Source: Octopus vulgaris
Taxonomy: Eukaryota
Reading direction: 5' to 3'
Length of the DNA stretch: 64,000 nucleotides
NCBI GenBank assembly: GCA_951406725.2
Contig: OX597826.1
Span: 40,672,001 to 40,736,000 of the forward strand
Positions 54,641-64,000 of the stretch are shown piece by piece; position 1 is the stretch's first letter; the number at the start of each line of letters is the position of its first letter. Under the pieces are notes generated by a model. That model searched no databases. It was not told the DNA's origin and saw nothing but the letters and a program-made list of their open reading frames with translations. Made by a program: the position numbers and the translations under genes.

Positions 54641-56156
54641 TGAGGGTGTGTGTACACCCAAGTACTGTATTTTATGATATTTGAGTAGTTCTTGGGTCAA
54701 AGTTATCCCAAGAATGACCACCCTGTATTGCTAGGAGCATGTTTATGATTATGTCTCTTTATATACGACGTTAGTTCTCATTGGCAGGAACCAAGAAGTC
54801 AGATGTGAGAAAATGAATTTGCGTAACAAAATAATTTCCAAAATTCGTATATCACTGTACCTAACGCTAATTAGGTGCCGATGTTTAATCAACATATTTA
54901 ATCTTACCAATTTATAGGTATTTACCATGCCACACTAAGTAACACTAACTAAAGCATAATCAGTTAGATAGCTATAATAATTCAAGTACCAAAGATGCCA
55001 CGGTGTATAACTTGTTATCTTGTAACTTAATGAGGAGGCTGGTTCTGCTTTACTTTGGAAAACTCGAAGATGGTAGATGGAACTGACGATACGGCAATTC
55101 TTTGTTGGTTTATAATATTATTATCTGTAAGTCTTGGACCCAAACTGTTCTTAGGTAAATTTAATCTTGAGAAAAATGTTGACTGAATACTTAGTAAAAA
55201 AAATGTTCTCTGGGTTAAGTGGCAAAAAACAGTGATGTAATTTTCACCGCATGATTCCTCAGAAGTTGATATTCTTCAATTTCTACTGAGCATTTATGGA
55301 CATTAAAGAATTATCCGTTTGTAAAGGAATTAATTCGAGTTGTAAGAAATCAGGAATCTCATGTGTCTTCATAAAAAAAGGAGTCTCGGATTTGGGGAAG
55401 TTTGAATCCGTCATTTTGTAAATCTGGCAACTTCTTTTGTAATTGATCGAAAAGTTTGAAACATTCTGTTACGTATTCTGCCATTGATTCTGATGTCTAT
55501 TCTTTTAATATTGAAAAATGGTTTTATGCAATATTCAAGTGGCTATTTTTCAGTTCAAGTATGTACAATATAAACATTGATTCAAAGCTCTTGTCATTGG
55601 TAATTAGAGAGATAAAAAGCTGGTCTGGTCTTTGTCATTTTCGAAAAATTTGCTCTTGTATCCTTCAAAAGGAATAATTTAAATCGTTTGTGATATCGAC
55701 AACAATGTCAAATTAGATAACCATTTTGGACCTTTGGTTCCAACGCCTGAGCATGAGCCGTCAGACAAGGAATCTCAAATGTTAAATTATAATCTACCGA
55801 TTCCAGGTCCTTCAAAATGTCTTCAAAGTTCGCTGATGTTCAGTCGTTTACTTTTATTTTTTTATGAAGTTAAGATTATTCCTTGACCATTTTCCTTATA
55901 TTATCCATTCTTAGAGAATACACCCACATTTTGCTAATAAGATTAAGGTACAATTATTAAGCAATTAAAATCTAGCCAATAGTTCTCCAATTCTTAAAAT
56001 TAATATATCCAGCCTTAATTGCTATGCTAGGGGTAAACCAAAGAAAACCAATTATTGCTTATTTTACTCCATTTTAAAACAATTCAATCGTCCCATTACG
56101 TAAAGTTTTCCGTTATCCCAACTGCAAACACAAAAAACGATGCCGTACTTACTTTA

Positions 56157-56389
56157 CCTATTTCTTTACTACCCACAAGGGGCTACACACAGAGGGGACA
56201 AACAAGGACAGACATAGGTATTAAGTCGATTACATCGACCCCAGTGCGTAACTGGTACTTAATTTATCGACCCCGAAAGGATGAAAGGCAAAGTCGACCT
56301 CGGCGGAATTTGAACTCACAACGTAGTGGCAGACGAAATACCGCTAAGCATTTCGCCCGGCGTGCTAACGTTTCTGCCAGTTCGCCGCC
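56157..56389 (-). mobile_element. SINE family A, full length
   Basis: Same as 53589 copy. Confidence 0.92.
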
Positions 56390-56869
56390 TTTATTACTAC
56401 CGCTGTTGTAAAGATTATTTTTATTTCACTTACAGCTAACAATGTCGTTTTCGCTAGAGCTGTCGTCATCTCAAACCATGAAATAAAACACAAATATTAA
56501 TGTTGTTTGTTTACTGTAGACATCGCTTACTATGACTTTTAATACACTCACGAAATAACTATTTTCTGTGATAAACTAATATTCTCAAACAATATGACCT
56601 TATGTAGAGATAAATTCTCTTCCAGAAATAGCTATTATAAAAGTTGCAAAATTATGAATGCGATTGCATGAGCGCTGGTTTATGTTTAATAGGTTAATCA
56701 TAATCTTTGTAAGCCTTCCAACATTTGTAAAATATTTTTGTTGTGGTTGTTGTTGTTTAACCTAAGATTAACTTTGGTCAAGACGCGGTAAATACTAATT
56801 CGGGTCATGTGTGTGTGCGTGAGTATCGGTGGTGTTGTGTGTATAGTATGATGAGTGTATACGTGTGTG

Positions 56870-56931
<62 letters not shown>

Positions 56932-57222
56932 TGTGTCAGTGTGAGTGATGCGTGTGAGTGTCCGTGCAGTGCGGGTTGCGAGTGAGTTGAGTACGGTGTG
57001 GTGTATGTGAATATGAGTGGCGCTGTAAGTGAAAGGGTGGACATAATTTTACTTACATGTGTGTGTATATATTCCTATGTTCAAGTGTCCGGTTATGGAC
57101 ATATCTGTACTCACGCATTCATAACTATATGCATGTGTGAACGCGTGTGTGCGAATGTGAGATCGTCTCATGCGTGCGTGTCGTTAGGTTTTTGTTACGA
57201 TTGTTGATCTGTGTATCATGTG

Positions 57223-58090
57223 GCAAATCTAAGTTGACTGAAGATTACATTAACCGTCTCCAATTGGCAACATCAGTCAGGACATATTGATTACATTATT
57301 AGACGGAGATATCTAAACAGAGCAGTCAGTTGGTCCCTGAACGAAATGCAAGATGGTGGGCCGTTTGTCGGAACGTCTGTCGCGTACGACCTCGAACAAC
57401 GCTGCTCACATATTTCTGGATGTTTCTCTGTAATAAATATAACAAAAGAATATTTATATTTATTTTTTAAAAATAACTTTATAAAACAAAACACAAATTT
57501 AAAATAAAAAATACTCAGGACCGCCATATTGTAGCAAACTGGTAGCAACTGTGTAACGGTGCTAATCGTGTAACTTAGTGATGGTGACTTTTTATCACCC
57601 AGGGGAGATTAAGACGATACGAAGGAGAAAGGAAACATGATAGTTTCCGATCAAATTTCACACAACATTTGTTTGTGGCGAATATTTTTATGTTAAAGGA
57701 AAGTCATCCATCTTGAAACAAAGATAAAAACAACAAATACAAGAAAAGAAGTGGGGGGGGGGACACAGGGGGGAGAATGGACAAATAATGTTACCTTACC
57801 GTGACCATCCAACAGAGTGTGTGAGATTTTACACATCAATATCCAGTATTTGACAATATTGAGGTCATTACATTAATCAGTGTTGTTTACCGGCCGTTTT
57901 TAACAAAAGAAAGAGAATCTTTAGCCAGAACAATAACAACAGCGACAACAACAAACAACAAGATATCATTCAGTGAAGATATAGGAAGATGTTAACCTCT
58001 GACACGTTGTCAAAATTAAGCAATAAGCGAGTGTCAATGAGTATGGGTCACTGGTACAGTTTAAATGATAAATCTCTGTTAAATGTTCTG
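57223..58090 (-). repeat. Unclassified dispersed repeat, copy 2 (inverted relative to 27500-28366)
   Basis: Reverse-complement match to copy 1. Confidence 0.9.
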
Positions 58091-58803
58091 TTGGTGGGTT
58101 TTTTTAACACTGAGCAGCAGCGCTTCCTAATCATTTCGTCGACTTTCAGCGTGAAATATTAACACAAACCATGTCAGAATCGCACCATTTTCTCCTGTTT
58201 TCTATAACAACTCTTTATTCCGTGTCTGTTTCTCTTCAAACAAACAGTAATTAAATGAAAAACAACATAATTGAGATAATTGTGTCTTTTCTTCCCTCTT
58301 TCCTCTTCTCTCCCTTTCAATCCCTTTTTTTACTCTTCTCTCTCTCTAGTTCTTAAGAAATATCTGATACGATGATGGAACGGCAACTTCGATGTTTTGG
58401 TCACATATGGCCCACTCACTATATTCTAAAACAACGCACTTAGCAATCCCTTCCTTAAATTAGGTTCCAAACAAACTCTGTTTCTGTTCGGTTGTCACAA
58501 AGAGCAGGCATTGTTGTAGGTTTAGGAAGTTCCCTTCATAAGCAACTGACACTGGGTTCGATTTCTCTACGCGGCATCTTCGTAAGTTTGACAAATGATT
58601 ATTCAAGCACCTCTCTTCCACCCCACATTAAAAAAAGAGGAAGCATACTTTGTTTGAAAAAATGATAGGATAGTCACGACTGGAACGCCTTTGATTATAA
58701 ATATACTCAACCAGGGCTTATCTGGAGCTTAAACAACAGCAACAAGAGCAGCAGCAATGGAGAGGAGTCTTTTAGTTCTGTACTCTATTATTTTGGTCAA
58801 AAT

Positions 58804-58863
<60 letters not shown>

Positions 58864-58866
58864 TTT

Positions 58867-58905
<39 letters not shown>

Positions 58906-59052
58906 TTTCTACAAATACTACTACTACTACTACTACTACTACTATTTCTACAAATACTACTACTACTACTACTACCACTACTACTACTATAACTACCACT
59001 ATTACTGCTGCTGCTACCATCACTACCACCACTACTGCTGCTGCTACAACTA
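58804..59052. repeat. (TAC)n tract
   Basis: Visible. Confidence 0.95.
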
Positions 59053-59376
59053 TTAGGACAAAACCAACAACAGGGACAAGAATATGAACAAGAACATTAA
59101 CAATTAACTATGTCAGTAATGCAATATCACGCGACTTGAAGGGGTGGCTATTGCAATGATTAGCAATTTGTTTTCATAATAGGCTCCAAAGCCACATATA
59201 TCATATTTGATATATAAAAATATGTATATCTTACATATCAAAATATGGACATCATATCTTACATATAAAACACGTTTATCAGATCTTACATATAAAGCTA
59301 AGCCCCAAGTAATCCTCACACCATTCTTTCACTGGTTTATGAAAGCAAAAATTAAACAAATTGTGACGCAACATAC

Positions 59377-59607
59377 CTATTTCTTTACTACCCACAAGGG
59401 GCTAAACACAGGGAGGACAAACAAGGACAGACAAACGGATTAAGTCGATTATATCGACCCCACTGCGTAACTGGTACTTAATTTATCGACCCGAAAGGAT
59501 GAAAGGCAAAGTCGACCTCGGCGGAATTTGAACTCAGAACGTAACGGCAGACGAAATACCGCTAAGCATTTCACCCGGCGTGCTAACGTTTCTGCCAGCT
59601 CGCCGCC
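59377..59607 (-). mobile_element. SINE family A, full length, with TSD
   Basis: Flanking direct repeat ttgt(g/a)acgcaacatac. Confidence 0.92.
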
Positions 59608-59859
59608 TTTTGTAACGCAACATACCAACCAGAAAAACCTCCTCTCAACAGCTCTTTGACTCTCAAATTCATAAAATGTTCTAAAAAAAAGTCCGAGACT
59701 CTCAAAGACAATATCGATGAGTGACTTGTGGGCCTCGGCCTACTTGTTACCAACCCCTAGACTACAAAATAAACCTTAGCTTTCCACGAAGCCGACCCCG
59801 AGATGCAGTTAAAATCCATAAAATCCATAAAAATTACTTCACCATCATCAGATCCTCTT

Positions 59860-59930
<71 letters not shown>

Positions 59931-60007
59931 AATACTTTTTCTGTATTTCCCCTCCTTTACCAGTTTACCATAAAACAGTATTATAACATTAACACCATTG
60001 TATTAAT

Positions 60008-60548
60008 AGGCATGGCTGCTTGGTAAAAAGCTTGCCTCCCAACCACAAGGTACCGGTTTCAGTCCCACTGCGTGGCACCTTGGTCAAGTGTCGTCTACTA
60101 AAGCCTTGTGGACGGATTTGGTAGACGGAAACTGAAAGAAGCTCGTCGTATTTGTATGTATGTTTGTGTGCGTGTGTGTCTGTGTCTTTGTTTGACAACC
60201 GGTGTTGGTGTGTTTACGTTCCCGTAATGTAGCAGTTTGGCAAAAAAAGGCCGACAGAATAAAGACCGGCCTTTAAAAAATAAGTCCTGGGGTCGATTCA
60301 TTCAACTAAAAAATTTTTCTTTAAGCAATTTTTCAGATTTCTTAAGAAAAAAATTCTAAAACACTTTTCACCTTTTCTTGTTTCGTTCTTAATCGCTTTT
60401 AACCTCTCTTGATTTATTCAGTTACAGTATTTCACCCACCCCATTTACCTTCCTAACCTCTCCTACTAACGACACCACCCTGTTATCTTACTATACTATT
60501 CAACTAAAAATTCTTCAAGGTGGTACCCCAGCATGGCCACTAAAGAAA
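60008..60548 (+). mobile_element. SINE family B with a ~185-bp insert in its tail
   Basis: Insert flanked by the direct repeat attcaactaaaaa at 60300-60312 and 60498-60510. Confidence 0.8.
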
Positions 60549-60861
60549 AATAAAATTTAAAGGAACTCCGTGTATGTACAAGACATTTACAGCCTCTTCA
60601 TTGTAACTTCAAATTAATTAATATATATTTTTAATCGGTATACACCACATATTGCATAACGTAAACAACATTATTATATTGATTAAATATAACCAACCCA
60701 CCATATATTAATTAAATATTAATCAGCATCCATTATACAAAGCAATAACAGCCTTCTTGTATTAATTTAATACTGATTAACATCCGTATAGATTAATTTA
60801 CAATTTATTAATTATCCATCTGTAGAACATAATTACTTAAAATTAAGTCTCATTATATTGT

Positions 60862-61185
60862 GTTTTATCTTTTATCATTTACTTGCTTCAGTCATTGTAC
60901 TGCGACCATGCTGAAGGGTGTAGTCGAACAAACTAACCACGATATGCATTTTTAAGCCTGGTACTTATTCTATTGCCGAACCTCTAAATTACGGGGATGT
61001 CAAAAAAAAAAAACACCGGTTGTCGAGCGATGGTGGGGGATAGACACAAACAACACACACACACATACAACATACATATATAATACATATTTATAACACT
61101 TGCGCAAGGCGCCACGCTGTGGAATTGAGCCTGAAACCACATGGTTGGGAAGCAAATTCCTTAACCACACAACCATGCCTGCGCC
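60862..61185 (-). mobile_element. Degenerate SINE family B
   Basis: ccacacaaccatgcctgcgcc head on minus strand. Confidence 0.75.
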
Positions 61186-61202
61186 AAATTAATACCAATT
61201 AT

Positions 61203-61578
61203 CTATTTCTTTACTGCCCACAAGGGGCAGCACACAGAAGGGACATACAAGGACAGACAAACGGATTAAGTCGATTAGATCGACCCTGAAAGGATGAAAG
61301 ACTAAGTCCACCTCGGCGGAATTTGAACGTAGCGGTAGATGAAATATTTATTTCTTTATTACCCACAAGGGGCTAAACACAGAGGGGACAAACAAGGACA
61401 GGCATAGGTATTAAGTCGATTACATCGACCCCAGTGTGTAACTGGTACTTAATTTATCGACCCCGAAAGGATGAAAGACAAAGTCGACCTCGGCGGAATT
61501 TGAACTCACAACGTAACGCAGACGAAATACTGCTAAGCATTTCGCCCGGCGTGCTAGCGTTTCTGCCAGCTCGCCGCC
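61203..61578 (-). mobile_element. Head-to-tail dimer of SINE family A
   Basis: One full copy plus a second partial copy joined at gaaatattta|tttc. Confidence 0.88.
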
Positions 61579-61603
61579 TTAAATCAATATAAATTATCAT
61601 CCA

Positions 61604-61942
61604 TCTAGAGGAGACCCCCTTCGGTCATGAATGACCATGGGATTTCACCAAGAAAGTTACCCTCCAAGGCACAAGTCCAGGCAAGGTTGTTTTCATGGAA
61701 GGCCAGTAGTCGGCCATGCATACCAGCCTCCTCTCTCCACACCACTGATGTTATCCAAGGCAAAGGCTGATACAGCTTGGAACCATTGACATCACAACTC
61801 ATTTCTATAACTGAGGTAACTGGAGCAATGTGAAATAAAGTGTCTTGCCCAAGAACACAACACGCAGCCCTGTCCGGGAATCGAACTCATAACCTTACGG
61901 CTTAAGCTCGACGCTTTAACCACTGAGCCATGCTTTTTCACG
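61604..61942 (-). mobile_element. SINE family D (tRNA head, CORE-like cttgggcaagacactt), full length
   Basis: tggctcagtggttaaagcg...gagttcgattccc; 13-bp TSD aaattatcatcca at 61591-61603 and 61943-61955. Confidence 0.88.
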
Positions 61943-62267
61943 AAATTATCATCCACATGTACAGAATTATAACGTAACATTAACAATTTCATTATATTAA
62001 TCAGTATTAACATCTATGTTGATAAATTTATAATTAACTAACATCCATCCGTGCAAAACAATTATATGACATTAACAGTCATTTTGTATTAATTAACTCT
62101 TAATTAAGATCCTTAAAAACAACATTAAGTAAAATACATTTAGCACACGCATCTCCAAAAATGTTCAAATTCTAAAAAAAAATTTCAGCCTAAAAACACT
62201 TCCTAAAATCACTGAAATCTCAAAATTTCTCCCTGCTTTCTAATATGTATGTGAGGTGGTGCGGTTC

Positions 62268-62353
<86 letters not shown>

Positions 62354-62374
62354 TAGATATATGTATATATATAT

Positions 62375-62560
62375 TGTTGAAATTTACAGAAAAACATGAG
62401 ACGAAGAAAGGTGTTTGAACAAGAAACAAGTGTATTAGTTTAACGCTCGGGAAGGTGAGAAAGTCTTTTACGTTTCGAGCCTACGCTCTTCAACAGAAAG
62501 GAACATGATGAAATAAACAGAGAGAGAATAAAAAGAGCTTTTGGAGCAAGCGATCAATCA
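62375..62560 (-). mobile_element. Penelope-like pLTR remnant with variant hammerhead motif (62465-62500)
   Basis: Minus strand reads cttt-CTGTTGA-A-gagc-gtag-gctc-GAAA-cg-ta-aaag; homologous to 47515-47715. Confidence 0.6.
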
Positions 62561-62814
62561 ATATTCTTCGGTCGCGATGCTTTCGCAGATTCTCATGACT
62601 CTCTGTCTTCATCCAATTCCATTATTATGAATTTGAATTAGGAGCTTGAGTCACAGTGAAATTTTCCAGTGGCTGATCACACAGTTATGGATGTCACCCC
62701 TACGGATATGTTGCAGTTACTCTCTTGATAGAGCTTGCTGATCCTGACAGTTGATCCAGGATTCCTCCGCTCAGAATCAATGTAAAAAGCTCCATTGGCT
62801 CAGTTGACAAAGGC

Positions 62815-62858
<44 letters not shown>

Positions 62859-62883
62859 GCTCGCACGCGCACACACACATATC

Positions 62884-63049
62884 CAGGGCCAGCTCGAGGC
62901 ACCGGCAATTCGGGCAGTCGCCCGGGGCGCCATGTGCTAGGGGGCACCAATGAGAGCGTCACAAAGACAATGAAATTTCCACGAACGTCAGCTTGTACAC
63001 GCCGAACTTCAACTTGCCCGGGGCGCCAGCATCCCTAGGACCGGCCCTG
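62884..63049. mobile_element. GC-rich hAT-type MITE
   Basis: CAGGGCCAG...CCGGCCCTG termini; internal repeated gcccggggcgcc. Confidence 0.75.
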
Positions 63050-63619
63050 TATATATTGTATTATGCTTAGGAGCGTTGCGCGATGCCAGAATTTTCCGAT
63101 TCGAGTCGAATAGAATAAAACAAATCACTCCAAATACTTGTTGTTAGAGTATCCGTCTAAATGGAGTAAGGATTGGCAAGCTTGTAATTTACATGAGTCG
63201 TATAATACATGATAATGAAGTCAAACCAAATAATGAGATTATGAATGCATTTAATACATGCGTTTCACATCATTGCGTAATATTTTGAAACGTGTTAATT
63301 GAGGAAGATCTATACAATACTATCACCTAAAATTAAGTCTCATTACATTGCCTTTTATCTTTTGTTATTTATTTGTTTCAGTCATTGGAATGTAGCCATG
63401 CACGGGCACCGCTTTGAAGGGTTTAGTCTACGGGTTCTCAACCAGTTTTTACTTATGAATCCTTTTCTTTACAATTTTATAGCCACTCCCTTCAAAATTC
63501 TTATTTTGTTTCTCCCACATTAACTTGGTGTAGATTGAACTATGTAAAATATTAGAGAAAGACGCTGAGCTGTTTCTTGCAAAAAAATACTAATACATGC
63601 ACCGAAAGTAAAATTTTCT

Positions 63620-63740
63620 CAGAAGCCCTTACTATTGTGGATCCCCAATTTGCTATTTTGTTGCGAAAACCCACCATCACCAAAAAAATTTTTTATGGAC
63701 CTTCAGAGACCATCATCTGGATCCTGGTTGAGAACCACTG
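63620..63740. mobile_element. hAT MITE terminal fragment
   Basis: Ends ggttgagaaccactg like 32787-32801. Confidence 0.55.
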
Positions 63741-64000
63741 GTTTAGTCGAACAAATCAACTACATTGCATATTTTAAAGCCTGCTACTTATCTATTGCGT
63801 GTGTATGCGTGTGGGGAGGGGGTACATATACATTTACACACACACACACACTAAACTGACTTGAGCATCTTAATTCTGCTACTTTCTTCCATACACATGA
63901 CAATGTTCAACCCGGGTTTGACAAAAGAGGCAAAAGCGATTTCGAATCGTGTGCATCGATTTGGTTGCTACTTCAAGGAGTTCATGATGATAAACAATCC

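Overview
Eukaryotic, AT-rich, extremely microsatellite-dense DNA. The mix of tRNA-derived SINEs, compound di/tri/tetranucleotide tracts and transposon relics resembles an octopus (coleoid cephalopod) genome; this is an inference from pattern recognition, not a database result. I can support no intact host protein-coding gene, and nearly all ORFs in the track are translations of simple repeats. The real coding signal is decayed transposon protein: two DD37D/maT-type transposases, a mariner, a Tc1, a Helitron PIF1 helicase, and an R4/Dong-type restriction-like-endonuclease LINE in a (TAA)n tract. The window also holds five to six canonical Helitrons (TC...hairpin-CTAG), hAT, mariner and Merlin-type MITEs, and at least four SINE families. 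The most interesting unannotated signal is a set of minimal type I hammerhead ribozyme motifs with palindromic stem III, associated with Penelope-like remnants. One looks intact (15668-15715) and others carry recurrent non-canonical cores (CUG-U-N-GA-A, CCGAUGA). Also notable are short complex islands between microsatellite tracts that may be cis-regulatory, a ~860 bp inverted dispersed repeat pair with mosaic divergence, and several traces of repeat birth and nesting. Coordinates of decayed elements are approximate.
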